From Candidatus Eiseniibacteriota bacterium (lineage in GTDB: Bacteria; Eisenbacteria; RBG-16-71-46; DASYSL01), in the NCBI GenBank assembly GCA_031431875.1, contig JANPEF010000017.1, forward strand, positions 1 to 60,583: a DNA stretch of 60,583 nucleotides, given 5' to 3'. The notes beneath the pieces were generated by a model. The model searched no databases. It worked only from the letters and a program-made list of their open reading frames with translations, and was not told where the DNA came from. How positions within the stretch are numbered: position 1 is the first letter of the stretch; the number at the start of each line of letters is the position of its first letter. The translations under genes were made by a program, and so were the position numbers. Shown here piece after piece: positions 1-10,645 of the stretch.

Positions 1-70
1 CCAGCTTGCGCTCCTCGATCATGGACTTTGTTCGGTCGCCGTACAATGCCTCAATCGACGTGATCCGCAT
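1..70 (-). CDS. 5' fragment of an unknown CDS running off the window (MRITSIEALYGDRTKSMIEERKL...)
   Basis: ATG at 70 on the minus strand with a G-rich upstream tract; open frame to the window edge; divergent from the nuo promoter. Confidence 0.35.
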   Translation of the reverse strand, partial: MRITSIEALYGDRTKSMIEERKL

Positions 71-204
71 GTTGATTTCCCCCCGCGCCCGTCCGCGACC
101 CTGGAGCGGGTTGCTCTCGCCGGGAGCGGGATCGGACGACAAGAATACGAGTAAGACGATGGGAGTAGTACCACCCCTCAAGCACGCCAATCGGGACCCA
201 CGCC

Positions 205-233
205 TTGACCTAACCCCGCTCTGCCGCTACATT
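205..233 (+). promoter_or_regulatory. sigma70-type promoter of the nuo operon
   Basis: TTGACC-N17-TACATT about 90 bp upstream of nuoA. Confidence 0.6.
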
Positions 234-325
234 TCGGCCGCGCACCATCCCTCGCGCGGCGATCCGCCGGCCGACTCGAAACCGGCCCGCGGCCCGTCCT
301 CCTCCGTCCCGATCCGGAGCCAGGC

Positions 326-685
326 TTGCAGCTTCTTGACTACGCGCCGATCGCCGTCCTGACCGTTCTCGCCCTCGTCGTCGCGGGGGTGATCATCCTC
401 CTGTCGTACATCGCCGGCCGGCCCCGCCACAGCCAGACCTTGGTCACCCCGTACGAGTGCGGCGTGCCCACGTTCGGCAACGCGCGCGAGCGCTTCAGCG
501 TGAAGTTCTACCTCGTCGCCGTGCTGTTCATCCTGTTCGACATCGAAATCGTGTTCCTCTACCCGTGGGCGGTCGCCTTCGACCAGCTCGGGTTGCTGGC
601 CATCATCGAGATGTTCCTGTTCATCGCACTCCTGCTCGTGGGCTACGTCTACGTGTGGAAGAAGGGAGCCCTCGAGTGGGATTGA
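326..685 (+). CDS. nuoA: NADH-quinone oxidoreductase subunit A
   Basis: PYECG, FYLVAVLFILFDIE and WKKGALEW motifs; three TM segments. Confidence 0.96.
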   Translation: MQLLDYAPIAVLTVLALVVAGVIILLSYIAGRPRHSQTLVTPYECGVPTFGNARERFSVKFYLVAVLFILFDIEIVFLYPWAVAFDQLGLLAIIEMFLFIALLLVGYVYVWKKGALEWD

Positions 686-1206
686 ACGCGACCAAGGTCG
701 GGCTGGATTTGATCCGACTCGGGCATGAACTGTCGTTTACGCCCGAGGACAAGGCCAGAGTCCAGCAAATCCTCGCCCGCTATCCCGCCGACCGGCGCGC
801 CTCGGCGATCATGCCGGTGCTGTGGCTGGCGCAGGAGCGCTTCGAGTTCCTGTCGGAGGAGGCGATCGAGCTGACCGCGCGCTCGATCGACGTGCCGCTG
901 CCCGAGGTCGCCGCCGTCGCGTCGTTCTACACGATGTACCACCTCGAGCCGGTCGGGAAGTACGTGCTCCAGGTGTGCTGCACGCTGTCGTGCTCGATCA
1001 TGGGCGCCGAGCGCGTGTTCGCGCACATGGAACAAAAGCTAGGCATCAAGGCCGGCGAGACCACGCCCGACGGCAAGTTCACGCTCAAGAAGGTGGAGTG
1101 CCTCGCCTCGTGCGGCAGCGCACCCATGCTGCAGATCAACGAGCGCAAGTTCGACGAGAACCTCGATGAGGCCGCCGTCGATCGGCTGCTGGATGGTCTC
1201 AAGTGA
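682..1206 (+). CDS. nuoE: NADH-quinone oxidoreductase subunit E (2Fe-2S)
   Basis: VASFYTMY, VCCTLSC...ECLASC thioredoxin-like [2Fe-2S] ligands; TTG start overlapping the nuoA stop (start uncertain). Confidence 0.92.
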   Translation: MNATKVGLDLIRLGHELSFTPEDKARVQQILARYPADRRASAIMPVLWLAQERFEFLSEEAIELTARSIDVPLPEVAAVASFYTMYHLEPVGKYVLQVCCTLSCSIMGAERVFAHMEQKLGIKAGETTPDGKFTLKKVECLASCGSAPMLQINERKFDENLDEAAVDRLLDGLK

Positions 1207-2540
1207 GCCTCAACAAGAAGCTCCTTCTCTTCGCGCACATCGACGAGCCCGGCCTCGGCGGCATCGACGTGTACAAGCGCGCCTACGACGGCTACAAGGC
1301 GGTCGAGAGGGTCATCGGCGGCAAGGTCGCGCCAAACGACATCATCGACCTCGTCAAGGCCTCGGGCCTCAGGGGGCGTGGTGGCGCGGGTTTCTCGACC
1401 GGCATGAAGTGGTCGTTCGTCCCCAAGGATTCGCCGAAGCCGCGCTACCTCGTGGTCAACGCCGACGAATCCGAGCCGGGCACGTTCAAGGACCGCGAGC
1501 TGATGGCGAAGAATCCGCACCAGATGATTGAAGGCGTGATCCTCGCCAGCTACGCGATCAAGGCGCACGCGGCGTACATCTACCTGCGCGGCGAGTTCGC
1601 GTGGATGGTGCCGATCCTCGAGAACGCGATCGCCCAGGCGAAGGCTGCGGGCTATCTCGGTGCCAACATCCTGGGCACGGGCTACGACCTCGAGTGTCAT
1701 CTTCATCTGGGCGCCGGCGCGTACATCTGCGGCGAGGAAACTGCGTTGCTCAACTCGCTCGAGGGCCAGCGTGGCACCCCGCGCCTCAAGCCGCCCTTCC
1801 CCGCCGTCGAGGGCCTGTACGCCTGCCCCACGGTGGTGAACAACGTCGAGACGCTGTGCGCGGTGCCGCCGATCGTCTTGAACGGCGCCGACTGGTACAA
1901 GCAGTGGGGGACCGAGAAGAGCGCGGGCACCAAGCTGTTCTCCGTCTCGGGGCCGGTGAAGAAGCCCGGCAACTACGAGGTGCCGCTGGGCCTGCCGCTG
2001 CGCGCGCTGCTCGAGGAGTACGCCGGAGGTCTCAAGGACGGCTACACGCTCAAGGCGATCATCCCCGGCGGCTCGTCGGTGCCGGCGCTGCTGCCGTCGC
2101 AGCTCGACACGGCGCTCGACTACGAGTCGGTCGCCGCGGCGGGTTCGATGGTGGGCTCGGGCGGCTGCGTCTTCGTCGACGACCAGGTGTGCATGGTCGA
2201 CCTGGCGCTCAACGTGACCAAGTTCTACCGCCACGAATCGTGCGGCAAGTGCACGCCGTGCCGCGAAGGCACGCACTGGATGGAGAACATCCTCACCCAG
2301 ATCGAGCACGGCGAGGGCACGCTGTCGCAGATCGACGAGCTCTACGGCATCTGCGACATGATCCTCGGCAAGTCCTTCTGCGCGCTCGGCGACGCGGCGG
2401 CCATGCCGGTGATGTCGTACATCAAGCTGTTCCGCGACGAGTTCGAGTTCCACGTCCGCGAGAAGCGCTGCCAGATAAACCGCCGCAAGGCGGAACTCGC
2501 ACCATTCAGGGAGGCCGCAGCAGCGGCCTCCCAGGTTTGA
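1203..2540 (+). CDS. nuoF: NADH-quinone oxidoreductase subunit F
   Basis: GLRGRGGAGF, NADESEPGTFKDR, GAYICGEETAL and ESCGKCTPCREG motifs. Confidence 0.97.
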   Translation: MSLNKKLLLFAHIDEPGLGGIDVYKRAYDGYKAVERVIGGKVAPNDIIDLVKASGLRGRGGAGFSTGMKWSFVPKDSPKPRYLVVNADESEPGTFKDRELMAKNPHQMIEGVILASYAIKAHAAYIYLRGEFAWMVPILENAIAQAKAAGYLGANILGTGYDLECHLHLGAGAYICGEETALLNSLEGQRGTPRLKPPFPAVEGLYACPTVVNNVETLCAVPPIVLNGADWYKQWGTEKSAGTKLFSVSGPVKKPGNYEVPLGLPLRALLEEYAGGLKDGYTLKAIIPGGSSVPALLPSQLDTALDYESVAAAGSMVGSGGCVFVDDQVCMVDLALNVTKFYRHESCGKCTPCREGTHWMENILTQIEHGEGTLSQIDELYGICDMILGKSFCALGDAAAMPVMSYIKLFRDEFEFHVREKRCQINRRKAELAPFREAAAAASQV

Positions 2541-2542
2541 CG

Positions 2543-3553
2543 ATGAACTTCCTGGAATCACTCCCCCCGCTCGCCCAGCACTGGATCTGGACCTCGGTCG
2601 AGATGCTCGCCATCGTCGGCGGCATGCTCGGCGTGCTGCCGATCGTGATCTGGGGCGAGCGCAAGGTCGCCGCGCACATCCAGTTCCGCCCGGGACCCAA
2701 CCGCGTGGGCCCGTTCGGCCTGATCCAGCCCGCCGCCGACGTCTTGAAGCTGTTCTTCAAGGAAGACATCACGCCGATCGAGGCGCACAAGGTCCTGTAC
2801 CTGATGGCGCCGTTGATCTCGTTCATCCCGGCGTTCGTCACCTTCGCCGTGGTGCCGGTCGGGCCCAACGTGATCGTCGCCGACCTCAACGTCGGCATCC
2901 TCGTGTTCCTCGCCATGTCGTCGCTCGCGGTCTACTCGATCGTGCTCGCCGGCTGGGCCTCGAACAACAAGTTCAGCCTGATGGGTGGCCTGCGATCATC
3001 GGCCCAGATGATCAGCTACGAGCTGGCGATGGGCCTCGCGGTCGTGTCGATCGTGCTGACGACCGGCTCGCTGTCGACCGTCAAGATCGTCGAGGCTCAG
3101 CAGGGACTGTGGTTTGCGGTGCTCCAGCCGGTGGCGTTCCTCATCTTCGTCATCGCCATGCTGGCCGAGACCAACCGCGCGCCGTTCGACCTGCCCGAGG
3201 CCGAGGCCGAACTCGTCGCCGGGTACCACACCGAGTACTCGTCGATGAAGTTCGCCATCTTCTTCATGGGCGAGTACATGAACATGATGGCCATCTCGGC
3301 CATCGCGACGACGCTGTTCCTGGGCGGCTGGGCCGGCCCGGTGCTGCCGCTCGTCCCGCCGGTGCTCATGGGCATCGTGTGGTTCACCGCCAAGGTGACG
3401 GCGATCATGTTCTTCTTCCTGTGGGTGCGCTGGACGTTCCCGCGCCTGCGCTACGACCAGCTCATGTCGTTCGGCTGGAAGTTCCTGCTGCCGCTCGCGC
3501 TGGCCAACGTGATGGTCACCGCACTGGTGCGCTACTGGTGGCTCCACCGATGA
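2543..3553 (+). CDS. nuoH: NADH-quinone oxidoreductase subunit H
   Basis: [42 protein letters not shown] and PRLRYDQLM motifs; ATG at 2543. Confidence 0.96.
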   Translation: MNFLESLPPLAQHWIWTSVEMLAIVGGMLGVLPIVIWGERKVAAHIQFRPGPNRVGPFGLIQPAADVLKLFFKEDITPIEAHKVLYLMAPLISFIPAFVTFAVVPVGPNVIVADLNVGILVFLAMSSLAVYSIVLAGWASNNKFSLMGGLRSSAQMISYELAMGLAVVSIVLTTGSLSTVKIVEAQQGLWFAVLQPVAFLIFVIAMLAETNRAPFDLPEAEAELVAGYHTEYSSMKFAIFFMGEYMNMMAISAIATTLFLGGWAGPVLPLVPPVLMGIVWFTAKVTAIMFFFLWVRWTFPRLRYDQLMSFGWKFLLPLALANVMVTALVRYWWLHR

Positions 3554-4215
3554 CCCTGACCGTGCCGATGGTGTTCTTCGTCGTTCTCGCCGTCTCGGGC
3601 GTGATCGGCGCGCTCATGGTCGTGCTGCAGAGGAACCCGGTCGTGAGCGCCCTGTGGCTCGTGCTGTCGTTCATCGCGCTGGCCGGGATGTACGTGCTGC
3701 TCGCGGCACCGTTCCTCGCCGCGGTGCAGGTCGTCGTCTACGCGGGCGCGATCATGGTGCTGTTCACGTTCGTGATCATGCTGCTCAACATCCGCCACGA
3801 CATCGACGACGGGCTCCGCCATGTCGCGCGCCGCGTGCTGGGTTGGGCGTTCGCACTGGCGCTGGCATCCGTGCTCTACCAGATGGTGCGGCGGCCCTGG
3901 GCGCTGGGCCCCGCCGGCACGACGACGCTCGAGTCGCTTCAGAAGACCGGCCACGCCGAGTCGATCGGACTATCGCTCTACACGACGTACCTGTTCCCGT
4001 TCGAGGCGACCGGGCTGATCCTGCTCGTCGGCATCATCGGCGCGGTGGTGCTGGCCAAGCGCCGCAGCGACCTGATCGCCTCGCGCACCGTGCCCGCCGC
4101 GCCGCGCGCCACCGCCGGGATGACCGCCGGCGCGCGCCCCGCGCCCGTCAGCGGCGAGCCGATGAAGACGACCGCAGTCTCGCCCGAGACGCAGGAACCG
4201 GAGGCGACGGCGTGA
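3550..4215 (+). CDS. nuoJ: NADH-quinone oxidoreductase subunit J
   Basis: [20 protein letters not shown] and FPFEA motifs; ATGA overlap with nuoH. Confidence 0.94.
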   Translation: MTLTVPMVFFVVLAVSGVIGALMVVLQRNPVVSALWLVLSFIALAGMYVLLAAPFLAAVQVVVYAGAIMVLFTFVIMLLNIRHDIDDGLRHVARRVLGWAFALALASVLYQMVRRPWALGPAGTTTLESLQKTGHAESIGLSLYTTYLFPFEATGLILLVGIIGAVVLAKRRSDLIASRTVPAAPRATAGMTAGARPAPVSGEPMKTTAVSPETQEPEATA

Positions 4216-4577
4216 ACCCCGAAGCCATGATCCCCGCGCTCGCGCCCGTCGCGCCCGTCTCGAACCTCCCCGGAGGCGTGCCGCTCGAGTGGTACCTGAT
4301 CTTCGCCGGCGCCCTGTTCGTCATCGGCGTGGCCGGGATGCTCGTGCGCCGCAACGCGCTCGTCATGTTCATGTGCATCGAGCTGATGCTCAACGCCGCG
4401 AACCTGACGCTGGTCGCGTTCTCGCGGGCGCTCAACAGCCTCGACGGGCAGGTATTCGTCTTCTTCGTCATGGTCGTGGCCGCGGCCGAAGTCGCCGTGG
4501 GCCTCGCGATCATCATCAACGTCTTCCGCGCGCGCGAGACCGTGTACGTGGACGAAGTCAACCTGCTCAAGGGCTGA
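4212..4577 (+). CDS. nuoK: NADH-quinone oxidoreductase subunit K
   Basis: [20 protein letters not shown] and [10 protein letters not shown] motifs; GTG at 4212 (ATG 4227 is an alternative start). Confidence 0.95.
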   Translation: MNPEAMIPALAPVAPVSNLPGGVPLEWYLIFAGALFVIGVAGMLVRRNALVMFMCIELMLNAANLTLVAFSRALNSLDGQVFVFFVMVVAAAEVAVGLAIIINVFRARETVYVDEVNLLKG

Positions 4578-4584
4578 CCGACCC

Positions 4585-6531
4585 ATGCTCGATTCGATCT
4601 GGCTCGTCCCCGCGCTGCCGCTCGCCGGCTTCCTGTTCAACCTGGCGTTCAGCTCGCGGCTGCCCAGAAACGTCGTCGGCGCGATCGCCTGCGGCACGGT
4701 CGCCGCGGCGTTCCTCGTCTCGGTGTCGCTTTTCGTGAAGCTCCTCGGCGTGCCCGCCGAGGAGCGGCATATCCAGCAGACGGTGTGGACGTGGATGACC
4801 GCCGGGCCGTTCTCGATCGACGTGGGCTTCTACCTCGATCCGCTGTCGTCGCTGATGAGCCTCGTGGTCACCGGGGTGGGCTTCCTCATCCACGTCTACT
4901 CGACCGGCTACATGAGCCACGATCCCTCGTTCAAGCGCTACTTCCTCTACCTGAACCTGTTCACCTTCTCGATGCTGACGCTGGTGCTGGGCTCCAATTT
5001 CCTGGTCATGTTCGTCGGCTGGGAGGGCGTGGGGCTGTGCTCATACCTGCTGATCGGGTTCTGGTACGAGAAGCAGTCGGCCACCGACGCGGGCAAGAAG
5101 GCGTTCATCGTCAACCGGATCGGCGACTTCGGGTTCCTGCTCGGCATGATGCTGCTGTTCTGGACCGTCGGCTCACTCGACTTCCGCACGGTGTTCGAGC
5201 GCGCGCCCGAACTGCTGCCCGCCGGGGGCGCGGTCGTGACCGCGATCTGTCTCCTGTTTTTTGTCGGCGCGACCGGCAAGTCCGCACAGATCCCGCTCTA
5301 CACCTGGCTGCCCGACGCCATGGAAGGCCCCACCCCCGTCTCGGCGCTCATCCATGCCGCGACCATGGTCACCGCCGGCGTCTACATGGTCGCCCGCTGC
5401 CACGTGCTCTACGAGCTGTCCCCGACCGCGCTCGCCGTCGTTGCCGCCGTGGGTGCGGCGACCGCGATCTTCGCCGCCTCGATCGGCCTGGTGCAGACCG
5501 ACATCAAGCGCGTGCTGGCCTATTCCACGGTGAGCCAGCTTGGCTACATGTTCCTCGCCTGCGGCGTCGGTGCGTTCAGCGCCGGCGTGTTCCACCTGAT
5601 GACGCACGCGTTCTTCAAGGCGCTCTTGTTCCTCGGCGCGGGTTCGGTGATCCACGCGCTGTCGGGCGAGCAGGAGATGGGCCGCATGGGTGGGCTCCGG
5701 AAACACCTGCCGATCACGCACCTGACGATGCTCATCGCCTGCATCGCGATCGCCGGCATCCCGCCGTTCGCCGGGTTCTTCTCCAAGGACGAGATCCTGT
5801 TCGAGACCTTCGCCGGTGGCCACATGGTGCTGTGGATCGTGGGCTCGCTCACCGCCGCGATGACGGCGTTCTACATGTTCCGGCTCCTGTTCCTGACGTT
5901 CTACGGCAAGGAGCGCCTGACCGATCACGCGAAGCACCACCTGCACGAGTCGCCGCCATCGATGACGGTGCCGCTGGCCGTGCTCGCCGTCCTCTCGGTG
6001 ATCGGCGGCTGGATCGGCATCCCGATGATCCCCGGGATGAACCGGATCAAGGACTTCCTGGCGCCGTCTTTGACTACGGATGTCGCGCAGGCGGCGCAAG
6101 GCGCCGCCGAGCATGGTTCTGCCGTTCATCACGATCCGGCATTGGAACTCACGCTCATGGCTGTCTCCGTCGGCGTGGCACTCATCGGCATCGCCATCGC
6201 CTGGCTCATGTACGTGAAGAACCCGGGCCTGGCGACCACGCTGGGCGCCCGCGCACAGGGCCTGTATCGCACGCTGCTGCGCAAGTGGTACATCGACGAG
6301 GTCTACGACGCCCTGATCGTGCGCCCGCTGATGGCGCTGTCGACCTTCCTGTGGCGCATCTGGGACGTGCTCCTCATCGACGGCATCGTCAACGCGGTGG
6401 GGGCGGTGGTCGTCGGGACCGGCGCAGTGCTGCGCCTGTTCCAGAGCGGCTACGTCGGCACCTACGCGTTCTTCCTCGTCCTCGGCGTGCTGGTGCTGCT
6501 CGCCTCGGCCGTCGCGGCGGTGGCGCGATGA
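4585..6531 (+). CDS. nuoL: NADH-quinone oxidoreductase subunit L
   Basis: GWEGVGLCSYLLIGFW, KSAQIPLYTWLPDAMEGPTPVSALIHAATMV motifs. Confidence 0.97.
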   Translation: MLDSIWLVPALPLAGFLFNLAFSSRLPRNVVGAIACGTVAAAFLVSVSLFVKLLGVPAEERHIQQTVWTWMTAGPFSIDVGFYLDPLSSLMSLVVTGVGFLIHVYSTGYMSHDPSFKRYFLYLNLFTFSMLTLVLGSNFLVMFVGWEGVGLCSYLLIGFWYEKQSATDAGKKAFIVNRIGDFGFLLGMMLLFWTVGSLDFRTVFERAPELLPAGGAVVTAICLLFFVGATGKSAQIPLYTWLPDAMEGPTPVSALIHAATMVTAGVYMVARCHVLYELSPTALAVVAAVGAATAIFAASIGLVQTDIKRVLAYSTVSQLGYMFLACGVGAFSAGVFHLMTHAFFKALLFLGAGSVIHALSGEQEMGRMGGLRKHLPITHLTMLIACIAIAGIPPFAGFFSKDEILFETFAGGHMVLWIVGSLTAAMTAFYMFRLLFLTFYGKERLTDHAKHHLHESPPSMTVPLAVLAVLSVIGGWIGIPMIPGMNRIKDFLAPSLTTDVAQAAQGAAEHGSAVHHDPALELTLMAVSVGVALIGIAIAWLMYVKNPGLATTLGARAQGLYRTLLRKWYIDEVYDALIVRPLMALSTFLWRIWDVLLIDGIVNAVGAVVVGTGAVLRLFQSGYVGTYAFFLVLGVLVLLASAVAAVAR

Positions 6532-8147
6532 CGATCCTGGGAATGCCGATCCTGACGGTCTTGATCGTTCTCCCGATCCTCGGTGGATTGATCGTTGCCT
6601 TACTGCCCCGCTCCGCGGAATCTCAGGCGAAGCACGTCGCGTTTGCCGTCGCCCTGCTCGAGTTCGCCGCATCGCTGCCGCTGTGGTTCGCCTACCAGCC
6701 CGGCGGCCCGCCGTTCCAGTTCGTCGAGAAGGTGCCGTGGATCCCGGGCCTGGGCGCCTCGTGGCACCTGGGACTCGACGGGCTGTCGATCTTCCTCGTG
6801 CTTCTGACGACCGCGCTGTCGGCGCTGGCGATCCTCGGCTCGTTCTCGGCGATCCACGAGCGCACGCGCGCCTACTACATGCTGCTGCTGCTGCTCGAAG
6901 GCGCCATGATCGGCACGTTCCTGGCGCTCGACATGGTCGTCTTCTACTTCTTCTGGGAAGCGATGCTGGTCCCCATGTACCTGCTGATCGGCGTGTGGGG
7001 CGGCACCGAGCGGATCCGCGCGGCGGTGAAGTTCTTCCTCTACACGATGGCCGGCTCGGTGCTGATGCTGGTCGCCATCCTGTGGATCTACTTCCTGCAC
7101 TTCCACCAGACCGGCGTCTACACCACGGACCTGCTGCAGCTCTACCAGACGAACGTGCCGCTGGGCGCCCAGACGTGGCTGTTCCTCGCCTTCGCCGTGG
7201 CGTTCGCGATCAAGGTGCCGATGTGGCCGTTCCACACCTGGCTGCCGCTCGCCCACGTCGAGGCGCCGACCGCCGGCTCGGTCATCCTGGCCGCGGTCCT
7301 GCTGAAGATGGGCACCTACGGCTTCATGCGCTTCGCAATGCCGCTGTTCCCCAACGCCGCGTACGCGCTGGCGCCGGCGCTCAACCTGCTGGCGGTCATC
7401 GGTATCATCTACGGCGCACTGGTGGCGATGGTGCAGCCGGACCTCAAGAAGCTGGTCGCCTACTCGTCGGTCAGTCACCTGGGCTTCTGCATCCTCGGCA
7501 TGTTCGCGTTCAACAGCCCGGGCTGGGCCGGCTCGCTGATGCAGATGCTCAACCACGGCATCTCGACCGGCGCGCTGTTCCTCCTCGTCGGCGTGATCTA
7601 CGAGCGCCGCCACACGCGGATGATCGCGGAGTTCGGCGGGCTGTGGAAGATCATGCCCGTGTACTCGGTGATCTTCCTCGTCGTCATGCTGTCGTCGATC
7701 GGCCTGCCGGGCACCAATGGCTTCGTCGGCGAGTTCCTCGTCCTGCTCGGCGCGTTCCAGCACCCCGACAACCGCATCTGGGCGATCCTCGCCGCGACCG
7801 GCGTGATCCTCTCGGCCTGCTACATGCTGTGGATGTACCAGCGCGTCATCTTCGGCACCATCACCAACGCCGCGAACGAGGGGCTCAAGGACCTGACCCC
7901 GCGCGAGATCGCCGTGTTCGTCCCGTTGCTGGCGCTCATCTTCTGGATCGGGCTCTTCCCGAACCCGATTCTCACGCGCATGCAGCCGTCGATCGACCAC
8001 CAGCTCGAGTTGATCCGGACGCGGGCGCTGTACCAGAGGGAGATCGAGGTTCAACAAGCCATTGGCCGCCTCACGCCGCCCTCCGGCACTAGACCCACGA
8101 CGCCGACTTCGCCGGGCGTCGGACAGGGATCGGCGGTGGGCCAGTGA
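6528..8147 (+). CDS. nuoM: NADH-quinone oxidoreductase subunit M
   Basis: FWEAMLVPMY, KVPMWPFHTWLPLAHVEAP and AYSSVSHLG motifs; ATG at 6528. Confidence 0.96.
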   Translation: MTILGMPILTVLIVLPILGGLIVALLPRSAESQAKHVAFAVALLEFAASLPLWFAYQPGGPPFQFVEKVPWIPGLGASWHLGLDGLSIFLVLLTTALSALAILGSFSAIHERTRAYYMLLLLLEGAMIGTFLALDMVVFYFFWEAMLVPMYLLIGVWGGTERIRAAVKFFLYTMAGSVLMLVAILWIYFLHFHQTGVYTTDLLQLYQTNVPLGAQTWLFLAFAVAFAIKVPMWPFHTWLPLAHVEAPTAGSVILAAVLLKMGTYGFMRFAMPLFPNAAYALAPALNLLAVIGIIYGALVAMVQPDLKKLVAYSSVSHLGFCILGMFAFNSPGWAGSLMQMLNHGISTGALFLLVGVIYERRHTRMIAEFGGLWKIMPVYSVIFLVVMLSSIGLPGTNGFVGEFLVLLGAFQHPDNRIWAILAATGVILSACYMLWMYQRVIFGTITNAANEGLKDLTPREIAVFVPLLALIFWIGLFPNPILTRMQPSIDHQLELIRTRALYQREIEVQQAIGRLTPPSGTRPTTPTSPGVGQGSAVGQ

Positions 8148-9604
8148 ACGGGATCAGCTTCTCGCAGGCCGACTTCTTGGCGATGCTGCCCGTGTGGGCG
8201 CTGACCATCACCGGCTGCCTGCTGATGCTGGTGAACATGACGCCACGCAAGCCCGGCTCGAACGTCTCGGCGCTGCTCACGTTGATCGGACTCGCCGTCG
8301 CCGGCTGGGGCCTGTGGTCCCACCGCGACACGACCAAGGCGATGTTCAACGAGATGTACATCGTCGACCCGTTCTCGACGTTCTTCGCGCTGCTGTTCGT
8401 CGCCATCGCCTTCGTCGCGGTGCTCCTGTCGTGGGACTACCTCAAGCGCACCGCGCTCGAGCAGGGCGAGTACTACGCGCTGATCGCGTTCTCGACCCTG
8501 GGCATGATCTTCATGGCGGCGGCGAACGACCTGATGATGATCTTCCTCGGTCTCGAGCTGATGTCGATCGCGCTCTACATCCTCGCCGGCTTCCGCAAGA
8601 ACCGCTTCGAGTCGAACGAGGCCGCGCTCAAGTACTTCCTGCTGGGAGCCTTCGCCACCGGCTTCCTGCTCTACGGCATGGCCCTGATCTACGGCACGAC
8701 CGGCACGACCAATCTCAGCCAGATCGGCAACTACCTGAACGGCTCGCCGATCACCTCGACGCCGCTGTTCGTGATCGGCTCGCTGCTGCTGCTGGTCGGC
8801 TTCGCGTTCAAGGTGTCGCTGGTGCCCTTCCACATGTGGACGCCCGACGCCTACGAAGGCGCGCCCACGACCGCCACCGCGTTCATGTCGGCCGGCGCCA
8901 AGGCCGCGGGCTTCGCCGGCCTGCTGCGCGTCGGCATGGGTGCCCTGCCCGGCGTGATGCCCGACTGGACCCAGCTCCTGACCGGGCTCGCCATCCTGAC
9001 GATGACGATCGGCAACGTGACCGCAATCTTGCAGTCGAACCTCAAGCGCATGCTCGCCTACTCGTCGATCGCACACGCGGGCTACATCCTGCTGGGCGTG
9101 ATCGCCGGCGGCACCGACGGCTACGCGGCCGTGCTGTTCTACCTCGCGGTCTACTCGGTGATGAACCTGGGCGCCTTCGGCATCGTCTCGCTGATGGGCC
9201 AGGGTACCGATGAGCGCGTGCGGGTTGCCGACCTCGCCGGCATCGGCTTCCGCCGCCCGTGGATGGGCGTGGCGATGGCTGTGTTCATGCTGGGCCTCGC
9301 GGGCATTCCGCCGACCGCCGGCTTCCTCGGCAAGTTCTACCTGTTCCGCGCCGCGCTGGCCGAGGGCCACCTGACCTTGGTGATCGTCGCCGTGCTCAAT
9401 AGCGTAATCGCGGTCTACTACTACCTGCGCCCGGTCGTCGTCATGTACATGACCCAGCCCGAAGGCGAATCCCTCGAGATCTCCCCGGCGATCCCGGCCA
9501 CGATCGCACTGGTATCGCTCGTCGTCCTGACGTTCGCGCTAGGCGTCTCTCCGACCGCCCTGGCCGACGCAGCCATGCACTCGGTCCTCGCGGTGTTCCA
9601 CTAG
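8144..9604 (+). CDS. nuoN: NADH-quinone oxidoreductase subunit N
   Basis: EAALKYFLLGA, FKVSLVPFHMWTPDAYEGAP and KRMLAYSSIAHAGY motifs. Confidence 0.96.
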   Translation: MNGISFSQADFLAMLPVWALTITGCLLMLVNMTPRKPGSNVSALLTLIGLAVAGWGLWSHRDTTKAMFNEMYIVDPFSTFFALLFVAIAFVAVLLSWDYLKRTALEQGEYYALIAFSTLGMIFMAAANDLMMIFLGLELMSIALYILAGFRKNRFESNEAALKYFLLGAFATGFLLYGMALIYGTTGTTNLSQIGNYLNGSPITSTPLFVIGSLLLLVGFAFKVSLVPFHMWTPDAYEGAPTTATAFMSAGAKAAGFAGLLRVGMGALPGVMPDWTQLLTGLAILTMTIGNVTAILQSNLKRMLAYSSIAHAGYILLGVIAGGTDGYAAVLFYLAVYSVMNLGAFGIVSLMGQGTDERVRVADLAGIGFRRPWMGVAMAVFMLGLAGIPPTAGFLGKFYLFRAALAEGHLTLVIVAVLNSVIAVYYYLRPVVVMYMTQPEGESLEISPAIPATIALVSLVVLTFALGVSPTALADAAMHSVLAVFH

Positions 9605-9625
9605 GCTTCGGATCAACCCGTCGAC

Positions 9626-10645
9626 ATGACGACCGCTCCCGGATCACGGCGGAGGCCCCTGGCCTTCGCCTTCATCGTTCTCGGGATGGCACTGACCGCA
9701 ATCATCAGCACATCGACATGGGCCGTCTGGAAGGCGAAGCGCACCGCTGCCTCGATGGTCACGCACCGCGGACCCGCCCCCGGCAGCATGACCACCCCCC
9801 TCACAACGCCTGCCGACTCCGGCATGACCTACAGCGTGGTCCCCCTCGGCGCCCGCGACGGCACGAAACTCTCCGGCTGGTGGATCATCCCCGCCGACGG
9901 CCGCCGCCGCCCCGACCTCGCGGTGGTCGTCATGGCCCACGCGGCAACCCCGGAGGGGAAAGCTTCACTCCTCAACCTGGCGCCCGCGCTGAACGACGCC
10001 GGGTACATCCTCCTGCTCTTCGACTTCAGATCGTACGGAGCCTCGGAAGGCACGAGAACAACGCATGGCTACCTCGAACAACAGGACATGGAAGCCGCCC
10101 TGCGCCTCGCCCGCGAACGCGCCGTCGGCGCACCCATCGCGCTCTACGGAGCCGGCATGGGCGCCACCGCGGCGCTGATGTCGATCGCCGGCGATCCAAG
10201 CGTGACCTGCGCGATCCTCGACTCCCCCTGGGCAACCTGGGAAGCCGCCTTCTTCGCCCGCCCCGGCGCCATGGCCCGCGAACCCGGCGACCTGAGGCAC
10301 TGGCAAACCGCGGACCTCGTGCCCCGCGTCCTCACCCAGCAGGCGCTCAAGCAGGAGGTGAAGTTCGGCTTCGGCACCTCCTCCATGCGCGAACCCGCCG
10401 CAGTAGCCCCCCTGGCCGCCTCAAGACCAGTCATGGCCATCTACGGCGAAACCGACCCCTATATCCCATTCCGGGAACAGATCCGAGTCGTGGCCGCACT
10501 GGGAACGCCCAACGCCACCTGGGCCTGGCGGGCACCGGGAGCAGGGCACCTCGGGGCGTACGACTCAGCGCCGGACGAGTACCGCGGGCGGGTGGTGGAA
10601 TTTATGGATGCGGCGATGGTGGAGTGGGGAAGACGAGCTAAGTAG
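9626..10645 (+). CDS. membrane-anchored alpha/beta-hydrolase-fold protein (nucleophile Ser apparently absent)
   Basis: N-terminal TM; DGTKLSGW, FDFRSYGASEG, elbow YGAGMG, GETD and GAGH motifs. Confidence 0.8.
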   Translation: MTTAPGSRRRPLAFAFIVLGMALTAIISTSTWAVWKAKRTAASMVTHRGPAPGSMTTPLTTPADSGMTYSVVPLGARDGTKLSGWWIIPADGRRRPDLAVVVMAHAATPEGKASLLNLAPALNDAGYILLLFDFRSYGASEGTRTTHGYLEQQDMEAALRLARERAVGAPIALYGAGMGATAALMSIAGDPSVTCAILDSPWATWEAAFFARPGAMAREPGDLRHWQTADLVPRVLTQQALKQEVKFGFGTSSMREPAAVAPLAASRPVMAIYGETDPYIPFREQIRVVAALGTPNATWAWRAPGAGHLGAYDSAPDEYRGRVVEFMDAAMVEWGRRAK

